Shown here: positions 30,825 to 41,886 of the stretch, piece after piece | How the letters are laid out: each line of letters starts with the position of its first letter | How positions within the stretch are numbered: position 1 is the stretch's first letter | Source of the DNA: Escherichia phage vB_EcoM_G4507 | DNA length: 64,000 bases | Strand: one strand, 5' to 3' | Sequence record: NC_054919.1 | Notes under the pieces: model-generated | The model's input: the letters and a program-made list of their open reading frames with translations, nothing else | Told to the model about the DNA's origin: nothing | Database searches by the model: none | Translations under genes and position numbers: made by a program

Positions 30825-31090
30825 TGTTCATCCTTTAGAGTTTGGTTTACAGCTCTATTATAAATCAATTCATCATTAAGCTCAGTCAAAGACCTGTGGT
30901 ACGTTGTTCTAACTTTATTTCCTTGCATCCAGTGCTTGACGTAAATGAAACCTTGCTCTACACATTTTTTAAAAATTCGTTCGTCTTTTTGAGCTCGGAA
31001 TTCTGGATTGCATCTAAAAAATTGATTTACGTGACCGTAATCACGTGTAGTATTACCTTCATTTTCATAAATAGTGTGAACAACAAACAT
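30821..31090 (-). CDS. hypothetical protein (30.1-like)
   Basis: 89-aa ORF coupled to the ligase start; position only. Confidence 0.55.
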   Translation of the reverse strand: MFVVHTIYENEGNTTRDYGHVNQFFRCNPEFRAQKDERIFKKCVEQGFIYVKHWMQGNKVRTTYHRSLTELNDELIYNRAVNQTLKDEQ

Positions 31091-31929
31091 TAGAATGCTC
31101 CTTGGAAAATATTATTAGCACCAGTAGGTCTATTATACAAATACTCTATGCCACCGGGTTTAATATAGTTCCATGTCTGAAACGGATGCGTCTGATATGG
31201 ATGATATAGATGATTATAAGGATTAAATCCAGGAGTTCTCCAGGTAGTGTTCCAAGGAAAAGAATCGTTTTTAATCATCTTTTCAATTACATCTTTTATA
31301 GCTTTTTCACTATCAAAACTTTCTTTATTTTCCTTCGGTGAAAAAAGCTTATTTTCTACATCATTCCATGTATAAACTCGCTGAGCAGTTTTTGGAATAT
31401 TGTCACGCTCTCCTCGAGCCATCCAATAAACAGGAACATTTAATATTTCACTCGCATGATCGCAATGGTGAGCGAGATCGTCAATATAACAAATCACGTT
31501 ATATTTCTCTTTTGCCTTTTTAAACAACTCTTCTTTTGAAGAATCATGACCACACATCAGTACTTCTGAGAAGGCACCAGGAAAAAGAGCGTTCAAATTA
31601 AATTGACGATTCAGCAGAGCGTCAATAGAATCACCCAATGCTGTAACAGCTACAAAATTATAATCTTCTTTTAATTTGTTAATTACACACAGAGCATCTT
31701 TATATGGAGACAAGTAACGAATAAAATCTGAACGATTGTATTTTTCAATTAGCTTGACGCCAAGTTCTTCATCACAATTAAAAAGTTTACCTGGAGAAAT
31801 AAATTTCTCATCTTGGATCATTTTTAAAATATGTTCTAATGGAAGATTATATTTCTGAGCAAAATAAGGAAGACCTGATTGCCAGCTTAAACATACTCCA
31901 TCAATATCAGTTAAAATAGTAGGCTTCAT
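31090..31929 (-). CDS. HAD-superfamily phosphatase-like protein (30.2-like)
   Basis: 279 aa; N-terminal HAD motif I ILTDIDGVCL. Confidence 0.65.
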   Translation of the reverse strand: MKPTILTDIDGVCLSWQSGLPYFAQKYNLPLEHILKMIQDEKFISPGKLFNCDEELGVKLIEKYNRSDFIRYLSPYKDALCVINKLKEDYNFVAVTALGDSIDALLNRQFNLNALFPGAFSEVLMCGHDSSKEELFKKAKEKYNVICYIDDLAHHCDHASEILNVPVYWMARGERDNIPKTAQRVYTWNDVENKLFSPKENKESFDSEKAIKDVIEKMIKNDSFPWNTTWRTPGFNPYNHLYHPYQTHPFQTWNYIKPGGIEYLYNRPTGANNIFQGAF

Positions 31930-32390
31930 AGAGAGTCTCTTAATAGGTTTAACACATCAATAAATTCAGCTTCGGTTAGTATTGTATCATCTTTTGTTAG
32001 ACCACTAGCCATGCTGTGCTTCAAAACTTTTCCTTTCGAGGCTTGTAATGCATCACGAAAGCCCTTGTTTTGAATCGCTGCTTCAAAATATGCATTTGTG
32101 TATAATTCTTTCCACGCCGGGGAGTATCTTGAAAACGGAACTCCAATCCAGAAGAGGGTCCCACGGTCCTGAGCTCTAGCATAAGACCTTCCAGCTTGTT
32201 GGGCGGCAAGCCCGGATAACCCAAATATACGACGTTGTTGTTCAACATTTTTCACCTTACACCCTTGGAGGAATCCTTCAAGACCTCCAAATTGAATACC
32301 ATCCATAACGAAAGGCCATTGGGCGAAATTACTTAATGCGCATGATGGCCATCTAAAATTACTTCTAATCTCTAACTCAGACATTTTCAA
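31926..32390 (-). CDS. NADAR (YbiA/DUF1768)-like protein (30.3-like)
   Basis: 154 aa; segment SNFAQWPFVMDGIQFGGLEGFLQGCK matches the YbiA/NADAR signature SNFAxWP..DG as recalled. Confidence 0.7.
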   Translation of the reverse strand: MKMSELEIRSNFRWPSCALSNFAQWPFVMDGIQFGGLEGFLQGCKVKNVEQQRRIFGLSGLAAQQAGRSYARAQDRGTLFWIGVPFSRYSPAWKELYTNAYFEAAIQNKGFRDALQASKGKVLKHSMASGLTKDDTILTEAEFIDVLNLLRDSL

Positions 32391-32583
32391 TGCTTATAAT
32401 TTCAACATCAGCCCAATGACCATAGCAAGGAAGACGAAATTCAACTGGCCAGTTAGGGTCCTTTTCTAATATAATAGACTTAACTTGTGGTTCTTCGTGT
32501 TCATCAGTATACGGATTTTTATCTGTTACTTTATATGTGACCTTAATGTACTGAATTCCAAAAATCTTATTAATTATATTCAT
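32377..32583 (-). CDS. hypothetical 68-aa protein
   Basis: Short ORF in the operon-like 30.x array, overlapping its neighbours by a few nt. Confidence 0.5.
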   Translation of the reverse strand: MNIINKIFGIQYIKVTYKVTDKNPYTDEHEEPQVKSIILEKDPNWPVEFRLPCYGHWADVEIISIENV

Positions 32584-32777
32584 ACTAATTCCTTTAATCC
32601 GTAGATAGGAGATAATTCATCACCCATACGAAGGTCTTCATTTCCATCTACCCAGGAAACAATATAAGCCTCTTTTATTTGAATACCACTCCATTTAAAT
32701 GGAGGTAGAACCTTAGAAATTAATCCAGGTATACCAACTCCCTTTAATTCAACGGTTTGACCTAAAAAGAATTTCAT
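32580..32777 (-). CDS. hypothetical 65-aa protein
   Basis: Short ORF in the 30.x array; coupled start/stop. Confidence 0.5.
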   Translation of the reverse strand: MKFFLGQTVELKGVGIPGLISKVLPPFKWSGIQIKEAYIVSWVDGNEDLRMGDELSPIYGLKELV

Positions 32778-33064
32778 TAAAACCTCATCTGAAAACCATG
32801 CGATTTAACGTTACCACCGCCAATATCAGAAATATTAATTTCACGCGCAATTGAAGGGTCAATGTCAATTTCACGATTGAGTTTAGTGATAGCTAAAGTA
32901 TCGCGCCCATTTACAGTACGGAACTCTAAAGGACAAACCACATCAACGTAGTTTTTAATCGATTCGCTAGTAGGTTGCAAATGTGCAGGAAGGTCTTTAG
33001 GCGACTTTGAGAAAACTACTTCGCAGAAGTTTTTACGGGTATCAAAATAAGTAGTCATAAACAT
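32777..33064 (-). CDS. hypothetical 95-aa protein
   Basis: ORF preceded by GAGGA and a terminator-like hairpin. Confidence 0.55.
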   Translation of the reverse strand: MFMTTYFDTRKNFCEVVFSKSPKDLPAHLQPTSESIKNYVDVVCPLEFRTVNGRDTLAITKLNREIDIDPSIAREINISDIGGGNVKSHGFQMRF

Positions 33065-33080
33065 AACATTTTCCTCAGTA

Positions 33081-33096
33081 AGGGGCCAAAGCCCCT
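33081..33096 (-). terminator. hairpin AGGGGC-UUUG-GCCCCU
   Basis: 6-bp stem between ORF 33106-33483 and ORF 32777-33064, then U-run. Confidence 0.5.
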
Positions 33097-33105
33097 CATT
33101 TTATT

Positions 33106-33483
33106 TTAAATATCAAATTCGTTAAGAACTACATCAAAGATTGCTTCAAGATGCTCAGGTTTAGCTCTGTTACTCAGAATATGACGAATCCAAGTTTTAA
33201 CCAAAAGCTTGCGATTAGCACCATTCCAGCAAGGATGAGTCCCTAAATCACGTTGACGAAAATCATCATCCAGAGCGATTTTGAAGTTTGAACCTTCCAT
33301 TGTGATTGAAACCGTGATGCCATTTTCAAATCGCATATAAACGTAATTAGGAGTCATATACTGTTCAATTTCGCATACTGATCCATTTTGATGTTTCCAA
33401 AGGCAAATAGTATCAATAGAACCTGCAATACAATTAGAAACATATTTACGTTCAAAATTGGTGTAGTTCATTTTATTCTCCAA
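33106..33483 (-). CDS. hypothetical 125-aa protein
   Basis: ORF with GGAGAATAAAATG start context and GTTTAC-type promoter upstream. Confidence 0.6.
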   Translation of the reverse strand: MENKMNYTNFERKYVSNCIAGSIDTICLWKHQNGSVCEIEQYMTPNYVYMRFENGITVSITMEGSNFKIALDDDFRQRDLGTHPCWNGANRKLLVKTWIRHILSNRAKPEHLEAIFDVVLNEFDI

Positions 33484-33538
33484 GATGTTTAATTGCGGTA
33501 CAGGTATATAATATCATATCCTGTACCAAAGTAAACAA

Positions 33539-33871
33539 TTATTTTACTACTTTCCAATGCTGCATGTCAAGTTTACCAACTTTTTTCATCTTCTCAATTA
33601 AGCGTTCTGCACGTTGGCGAGCTGTAACATAATGCCATTCGCCTAATTCATTTTGTTCAATTTTTCCAACGATTACTGTATTCAATTCATAAATCCAACC
33701 AGTAAAGAAATTATGAACTTGAATTGTAAAGGTGAAATCTGTTCCCATACCTTCTGTTGTTTCTACTTCAATAATATCACCTTCAACTGCCATTAAGAAC
33801 CACATAGTTTCATCATATTTACCATTGAAGCATTTAGTTTTAACTGTAGCGTTCAGATTAATCGTTTTCAT
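33539..33871 (-). CDS. hypothetical 110-aa protein
   Basis: ORF with AAGGAGAATAAAATG start context and GTTTAC-N18-TAGTAT promoter upstream. Confidence 0.6.
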   Translation of the reverse strand: MKTINLNATVKTKCFNGKYDETMWFLMAVEGDIIEVETTEGMGTDFTFTIQVHNFFTGWIYELNTVIVGKIEQNELGEWHYVTARQRAERLIEKMKKVGKLDMQHWKVVK

Positions 33872-33958
33872 TTTATTCTCCTTTGTTTATGTAAGATAAT
33901 ACTATCACAAAGGAACTATACTGTAAACAACTTTATGCAATCTTTGGAAAATAAAAAA

Positions 33959-33976
33959 GGACTCCCGAAGGAGTCC
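33959..33976 (-). terminator. hairpin GGACUCC-UUCG-GGAGUCC
   Basis: 7-bp stem with UUCG loop 5 nt after the stop of the 58-aa ORF, then U-run. Confidence 0.55.
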
Positions 33977-33981
33977 TCAAC

Positions 33982-34158
33982 TTATGCTTTCTGCTTACCA
34001 AAACGAGAAGCATCATCTCGAAGAACCGCACGTGCTCGGCGCATGATCTTCTCAACAGTTTGATTGATACGAGAGTTCGACCCACGCTTGTAGCCAGCGC
34101 GTTTAGAATCACCAACTTTCTTTTCAACTGCTTTCTTTGCTTTAACTTGTTTTGCCAT
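33982..34158 (-). CDS. small basic protein (58 aa; possible 72-aa form from ATG 34200)
   Basis: Lys/Arg-rich MAKQVKAKKAVEKKVGDSKRAGYKRGSNSRINQTVEKIMRRARAVLRDDASRFGKQKA; start uncertain. Confidence 0.45.
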   Translation of the reverse strand: MAKQVKAKKAVEKKVGDSKRAGYKRGSNSRINQTVEKIMRRARAVLRDDASRFGKQKA

Positions 34159-34402
34159 TATAAATTCTCTTTTAAATGAAAATGCAGGACTTATTGGCAT
34201 TGCCTGCGAAAGCCCTCAAAGGGGTACTTAGGTTTTGAATATTTACCGACAGGATAACCATAAACCCGTCATCATTCACATTCAAGAGGTACACCATAAA
34301 ACTGCCGGGGTCTTAAAACTATAATGATTCGCAAATCATTAATCAGACAGTTCGATGGCTCCTCGATTTTAGCTCACACTAAGGCAGTGAATCTCCAATA
34401 AA

Positions 34403-34651
34403 TTACTTCAGTGTTACCACAAAGTGACGAACTGCTTTTCGTGCAGCAGAAGCCAGAGGCTTAGCATACTTAAGTTCATCTTTTTCCTGAAGCTCAGCGG
34501 CTAATGCAGTTTGAGCAGGATTTAGATGTTTGAAATAACGCAGGATTTCAAGAGCTTCGGCTTCAACATCAATAGATGCGCCATAGTTTTCGTGACCATT
34601 ATTCCATGCGTTTCGTTGCAGTTCAAGAGCGTGTTGTAATTGTTTAATCAT
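34403..34651 (-). CDS. rIII: lysis-inhibition accessory protein RIII
   Basis: 82-aa ORF between gene 31 and the 30.x array; length and position match T4 rIII as recalled; TATAAATA upstream at 34781-34788. Confidence 0.8.
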   Translation of the reverse strand: MIKQLQHALELQRNAWNNGHENYGASIDVEAEALEILRYFKHLNPAQTALAAELQEKDELKYAKPLASAARKAVRHFVVTLK

Positions 34652-34798
34652 TTAAAAATTCTCGTTAGAGATTAAAACTCGGTAGTCACGTTCTTCTGAA
34701 TTTCATCTTCTTTCGACAGATCTCTCAGTTGTAGACTACCACATAGAATTGTTCGGTTAACTTATTATTCCGACACCCAATTCATATTATTATTTATA

Positions 34799-35134
34799 TC
34801 ACTTATAAAGACATGGAATAGCTTTATAGTGACAAGTAACGAATTTTTGTTTAATTTCTTTTGGCTGCTTAAGACCCAGAGCTACAAAAGGATGCGGAAC
34901 GTTTCGAATTTGACCAACTGGAAGAGAAGTCAAATCACCAACTTCGCAGAAACCTTCAGGAACATCAGGACCAACAGAGTGAACTACACACAATTCAGGA
35001 ACTTCACCTTGAACACGTTTACCGATAATAAGCCCTGATTCTGTGACTTCTTCATCGCCAGCTTGTGCAGGTTCAGAAACTAAAATAACATATTCACCGA
35101 CAGCACGAATTGGTAGCTGTTGTACTTCAGACAT
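34799..35134 (-). CDS. 31: co-chaperonin gp31 (GroES analogue for gp23 folding)
   Basis: 111-aa [43 protein letters not shown]...; length matches T4 gp31 as recalled. Confidence 0.92.
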
Positions 35135-35164
35135 CGTTTTTCCTTTTTGTTAATAGATGAATTA

Positions 35165-35189
35165 ATAATAACAAATAATTCTTAAAGCA
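35165..35189 (-). promoter_or_regulatory. MotA-dependent middle promoter for gene 31
   Basis: Minus strand AATGCTTTA (MotA box), 12-13 nt, then TATTAT, upstream of the gene 31 ATG. Confidence 0.5.
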
Positions 35190-35190
35190 T

Positions 35191-35499
35191 TTATTTACCA
35201 ATAAATTGGAGCAAATGCTCAACTTTCATACCATTAACGGAAATCAATTTGTCAATAGAAAAACCTCGCCATGCGCCAAGTTCAACATCAAATACTGGAA
35301 TCATGTCAGTAGATTCTTTCCGAGTAGATTCAGTCAATTTACCAGTTTGCATGGTTGGCATAAAGTCTGCATCACGAGTACCTTTCATAGTACGAATAGT
35401 ACCATCAGACTTTTCAAAAACTACGTTTGAAACACCCATGGACAATTTAGTTTTCAAAATTTCGCGAATTGCTACTTTCTGCTCAGTTGTCAGTTTCAT
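35191..35499 (-). CDS. hypothetical protein (31.1-like)
   Basis: 102-aa ORF between cd and gene 31. Confidence 0.6.
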   Translation of the reverse strand: MKLTTEQKVAIREILKTKLSMGVSNVVFEKSDGTIRTMKGTRDADFMPTMQTGKLTESTRKESTDMIPVFDVELGAWRGFSIDKLISVNGMKVEHLLQFIGK

Positions 35500-35736
35500 T
35501 TATTTACCTATTACAGTTTTAATATGAGTTGTTCCACGTTCTTTAAGGGTGGAAAGTAATTTTTGGCATTTTTCTAAATCAGATTTCCAACTATATGGTC
35601 TATCAATACAAACCCAATTTGTCTTATAATACTGTTTCCATTTAGAGAAAAAATATTTCTTATACTCTACAGCAAACGAGATGTTCTCATTAGAATAAGA
35701 ACTAATTGCTGTGAGCTTTACCAAACGAAATTTCAT
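35500..35736 (-). CDS. hypothetical protein (31.2-like)
   Basis: 78-aa ORF coupled to the cd stop. Confidence 0.55.
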   Translation of the reverse strand: MKFRLVKLTAISSYSNENISFAVEYKKYFFSKWKQYYKTNWVCIDRPYSWKSDLEKCQKLLSTLKERGTTHIKTVIGK

Positions 35737-36317
35737 TATTCACCACAGAATTCGTTGATATTTTCCCAGTTTAACTTATTCAAGTTTTTCTTAGGAACAT
35801 TAAACACTTCAATACCTGCATTTCGCAGAATATCATCCCAGCCAGGTTTATTTTTATCGTATGTTTCGCAATAAACCAGCTTTTTAATACCAGATTGAGC
35901 TATTGCTTTTGCACAATCTGGACAGGGAGAAAGTGTTACATACATAGTAGCACCTTCAATAGAAGAACCATTTCGTGCAGCAAACAAAATTGCATTTAGT
36001 TCAGCATGAATTTCATTTTTAGATGACCATTCCGAGTGAGCACTACGATGTTCTTTTGCCAAGACAAAACGATCAGTTGAACCAAATGATACGCATTCGG
36101 GCTTATGGCCTTGAATGATAGTATGTTTAGGCTTATTCAACAACCATCCTTGCTCAGCAGCATAATCACAACAGTTCACACCCCCTGCGGGTGAACCATT
36201 ATACCCAGTAGAAATAATACGTCCATTCTTTTCAATTACTGCTCCTACCTTCCAGGAGCAACATTTTGATTCTTGTGATACTAAATATGCAATTTGAAGT
36301 ACTGTACTCGCTTTCAT
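35736..36317 (-). CDS. cd: dCMP deaminase
   Basis: 193-aa ORF with zinc-binding deaminase motifs HAELNAI and PCPDCAKAI. Confidence 0.93.
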   Translation of the reverse strand: MKASTVLQIAYLVSQESKCCSWKVGAVIEKNGRIISTGYNGSPAGGVNCCDYAAEQGWLLNKPKHTIIQGHKPECVSFGSTDRFVLAKEHRSAHSEWSSKNEIHAELNAILFAARNGSSIEGATMYVTLSPCPDCAKAIAQSGIKKLVYCETYDKNKPGWDDILRNAGIEVFNVPKKNLNKLNWENINEFCGE

Positions 36318-36652
36318 TTCATAATCACCAGATAAGCAGATTTAGCAGTTTCAACACGATAAATTTCGTGACGAAGTTTAGTTATACTTTTAATAACAGA
36401 ACTAATTATATTCTGCCCATCTTTAAAGCGGTTTTTCTTGTCAATAAAAATTGCACCAACCATCTTTTTGTGAAGCTCAACTGGATACTTCGTCACAATA
36501 ATAGCATCATATACAGAAGGATGAATACTATTTACTAGAGTGTCATTCATTAAAGTTATTCTAATGAACTGTGCTGTTTCAGAGTCAAGCGCTCTATGAT
36601 CGCCAGTATCATTTTCAAGACAATTATCAATTATATCAGTTAAATTCATCAT
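36314..36652 (-). CDS. hypothetical protein (cd.x array)
   Basis: 112-aa ORF coupled to the cd start. Confidence 0.55.
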   Translation of the reverse strand: MMNLTDIIDNCLENDTGDHRALDSETAQFIRITLMNDTLVNSIHPSVYDAIIVTKYPVELHKKMVGAIFIDKKNRFKDGQNIISSVIKSITKLRHEIYRVETAKSAYLVIMK

Positions 36653-36888
36653 AGTACGCCATACACCCTTTGTGCTTCAACTAATCCATCAAAATCCAGT
36701 TTAAGATGCGATATTTGATCGCCATCGCCTGGATTCACAATTACTAATACTGAACGAGGAGTTTCGGTAATAACACGAACCGATGTTTCAGGAAATCGTT
36801 CAGAAACCTTATTTACCAATTCCTGAGCAAATAGTTTAACTTTTTCTTGGAATTCTTTAACAGTAATTGGTTTTTCACTTAGCAGCAT
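36649..36888 (-). CDS. hypothetical protein (cd.x array)
   Basis: ORF-track start 36984 trimmed to ATG 36888 (GAGGAAAACAAAATG); GTTTAC-N18-TATTAT promoter at about 36915-36948. Confidence 0.5.
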   Translation of the reverse strand: MLLSEKPITVKEFQEKVKLFAQELVNKVSERFPETSVRVITETPRSVLVIVNPGDGDQISHLKLDFDGLVEAQRVYGVL

Positions 36889-36949
36889 TTTGTTTTCCTC
36901 ATTTGTTTGGTAGAGCCATAATATCACAACTCTACCGTAAAGTAAACTA

Positions 36950-37225
36950 TTAAATCGCTTTGAATTCCGCAGTTTGAGATTCAAAGCGAATGTCGCCTTT
37001 GATAACTAGCTCAGCATCAAGACCAAATACGACAATGATATGCGCGGAACCTGGATACAGCGTAATGGCAACAGAATCCACCTGGTCTGGAAGCAAAGTG
37101 TTTAATACATGAGTCACTTGAGCATGGATTCGAAGTTCGGCTGCGTTATCAAGCTTTTCAAACATATTATTAGCGATAATTTGGCTAAACACTACTTCTA
37201 CGATTTTAGAGTAAGTCGGAAACAT
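36950..37225 (-). CDS. hypothetical protein (cd.x array)
   Basis: 91-aa ORF with GAGG Shine-Dalgarno. Confidence 0.5.
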   Translation of the reverse strand: MFPTYSKIVEVVFSQIIANNMFEKLDNAAELRIHAQVTHVLNTLLPDQVDSVAITLYPGSAHIIVVFGLDAELVIKGDIRFESQTAEFKAI

Positions 37226-37227
37226 AT

Positions 37228-37428
37228 TTACCTCACATAATTTTCTTCAAGCCAATCAATAACATCCAACGCATTATCAAAAGTTGAACCATCTACTCTG
37301 TCTTCTGTTTCATAATCAAGAACATCTAAGCCTACTCTTCCATCAACAATAGGCCATAAACAAAATAGATATTTCTTTTCTTTTTCAATTTTATCACAAA
37401 GACGATAAATCTTTTCTATGTTATTCAT
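37228..37428 (-). CDS. hypothetical protein (cd.x array)
   Basis: 66-aa acidic ORF. Confidence 0.45.
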   Translation of the reverse strand: MNNIEKIYRLCDKIEKEKKYLFCLWPIVDGRVGLDVLDYETEDRVDGSTFDNALDVIDWLEENYVR

Positions 37429-37617
37429 AAGTTTTCCATGGTAAAGGCAGTTTAGTTTTCTTTACTGTTAGTTCAACATCAGGATTCTTTTCTCTTAATT
37501 TAAGGCATTCCTCCCAAGCTCTGATTTCACTAGTGAATACACAAAATTGCCCATTACTAGTACCGACTAAACCACTATTTACAATAATAATAGCCCAAGT
37601 TTCATGGTGCAAAGCCA

Positions 37618-37618
<1 letters not shown>
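37421..37618 (-). CDS. hypothetical protein (cd.x array)
   Basis: 65-aa ORF coupled to the pseT stop. Confidence 0.45.
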
Positions 37619-38836
<1,218 letters not shown>

Positions 38837-38840
<4 letters not shown>

Positions 38841-39067
38841 TTATTTTTCTCAACCAATGATTGAATATAATCATGCAGGTCTTTAGATGCTTTACCCCAC
38901 TTATTTTGATATTCATTTTTGAGATTAGCACGTGATTGAGCTAATAAAACATCATTAGTTGGAGGTAAAGATTCTAATCGCTGAATCTGGCGTCCATAAA
39001 TCATTGCAGCCATCTCGGATTCATAAATCAATCCTTTGAGATGTTCAAATTGATGCCATGAAATCAT
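38837..39067 (-). CDS. hypothetical 76-aa protein
   Basis: ORF coupled to its neighbours. Confidence 0.5.
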
Positions 39068-39363
39068 TTACATTTATCCTCTTTTAACTCTTGACGATAA
39101 TAACATATCATAGTTTTCTGGTCATGTACATATCGTTTTACATCATTAAGCCAAATACGAAATTCCTGGGAATCTTCAAATGGCATACCGACCCAAGCTT
39201 TACCATCAATAACTTTAACTTGCCAAGATAATTTAGCTTCGTCATATGACTTTATTTGTACAGGCCAATTAGGATGAATTGTTTCTTTCTTTACTTCTAG
39301 AGGCTTTGTCGAACAACCAACTAGAAGACCAATAGATAATATTACTGCTGATAGTTTAATCAT
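39064..39363 (-). CDS. pseT.2: outer-membrane spanin (lipoprotein, Rz1 equivalent)
   Basis: 99 aa; signal peptide with lipobox MIKLSAVILSIGLLVGC-S; adjacent to the i-spanin-like gene. Confidence 0.7.
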   Translation of the reverse strand: MIKLSAVILSIGLLVGCSTKPLEVKKETIHPNWPVQIKSYDEAKLSWQVKVIDGKAWVGMPFEDSQEFRIWLNDVKRYVHDQKTMICYYRQELKEDKCK

Positions 39364-39713
39364 TTAGAAAGGTCCTGGATGTCTTCTGCTAACTTGTTGA
39401 AGGAGTTGTTAATTTGTTTTTCAACCAATCCTGGCTTATGAGCCACCACATCCGCCTTCTTTGCGTCTTTGCGCAGTTTTTCATTTTCACGCTCAATAGC
39501 AGCAATTGCCTCACGATTTTTATTATTCATCGCATCAATATAATTATACTGAATTCGCAAATTATTTAATGCTAAAGCGTTTTCATTGGCTGTTTTTGTA
39601 ATTTCGGTAACTGATGTTTCTAATCTTTCTACCTTATTTTTTAAAATAATAGATGTTCCGCCAAATGCTATTACAAGTAATAGCAATCCAGCTGTAAAAT
39701 TACTTACATGCAT
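39360..39713 (-). CDS. pseT.3: inner-membrane spanin (Rz equivalent)
   Basis: 117 aa; N-terminal transmembrane helix GLLLLVIAFGGTSIIL followed by coiled-coil-prone periplasmic region; coupled to the o-spanin gene. Confidence 0.7.
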   Translation of the reverse strand: MHVSNFTAGLLLLVIAFGGTSIILKNKVERLETSVTEITKTANENALALNNLRIQYNYIDAMNNKNREAIAAIERENEKLRKDAKKADVVAHKPGLVEKQINNSFNKLAEDIQDLSK

Positions 39714-40210
39714 AAAGTTTTAATAACCTCTATAATATCGTCTTGAGAAAGACCGTTAATTAAAATATGATGTTCAGCTGGAGATTTAGAAATTTTAAAG
39801 CATGCCTCAACATCTTCTGCCATATCCGATGCACTACGATTTGGATTACTAATCCCAAGGCGATGTTTTCCCGTCAAAGGATTAACGATGATATAGCATT
39901 TGCAGCTATTGATATGAACATTGGGTTGAGTCTGATTAATGAACACTTCACAATCATACTTAGCGAGTTGATTTTCTAAAAAGACTTTCATCTCTTCAAC
40001 CGCATCAGGAAGCATATCACGGGCTTGCTCAAGACGACGATTTCGATATTCTTTAATGGTCGTTTTCCGCTTGACTTGTTTAGCTAAATCTTTCTTAAGA
40101 TCAGTGATATATCCAACTCGACGATTTCCTTTAAATACAGAAATCCCATCTGTAGTATCACCGTATGCTTCAACGACCATTTCAGTAGTAATACGCTGCA
40201 AATCCATCAT
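39704..40210 (-). CDS. alc: Alc, host transcription unfoldase / terminator on cytosine DNA
   Basis: 168-aa ORF between the spanin genes and rnlA; length and position match T4 alc as recalled; driven by early-promoter cassette copy 2. Confidence 0.8.
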   Translation of the reverse strand: MMDLQRITTEMVVEAYGDTTDGISVFKGNRRVGYITDLKKDLAKQVKRKTTIKEYRNRRLEQARDMLPDAVEEMKVFLENQLAKYDCEVFINQTQPNVHINSCKCYIIVNPLTGKHRLGISNPNRSASDMAEDVEACFKISKSPAEHHILINGLSQDDIIEVIKTLCM

Positions 40211-40214
40211 AAAG

Positions 40215-40268
40215 TCCTCATGTTATGCCAGTAAGACTACTATAACACAACACGAGGGACTTGTAAAC
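40215..40268 (-). promoter_or_regulatory. 54-bp early-promoter plus leader cassette, copy 2 (upstream of alc)
   Basis: Identical to 24961-25014 except one transition; GTTTAC -35 begins 3 nt after the rnlA stop; GAGGA SD 4 nt before the alc ATG. Confidence 0.6.
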
Positions 40269-40271
40269 AGC

Positions 40272-41859
<1,588 letters not shown>

Positions 41860-41867
41860 AATAAAAT

Positions 41868-41881
41868 GGGCCTTGCGGCCC
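41868..41881 (-). terminator. hairpin GGGCC-GCAA-GGCCC between nrdB and denA
   Basis: 5-bp GC stem with GNRA-type loop (minus-strand sense). Confidence 0.45.
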
Positions 41882-41886
41882 ACTCC

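Noticed and set aside
34652-34798. 147-nt spacer between gene 31 and rIII as a possible small RNA locus
   Set aside because: It contains a TATAAATA late promoter (34781-34788) and is most simply the long 5' leader of the late rIII transcript; nothing more is supported by sequence alone.
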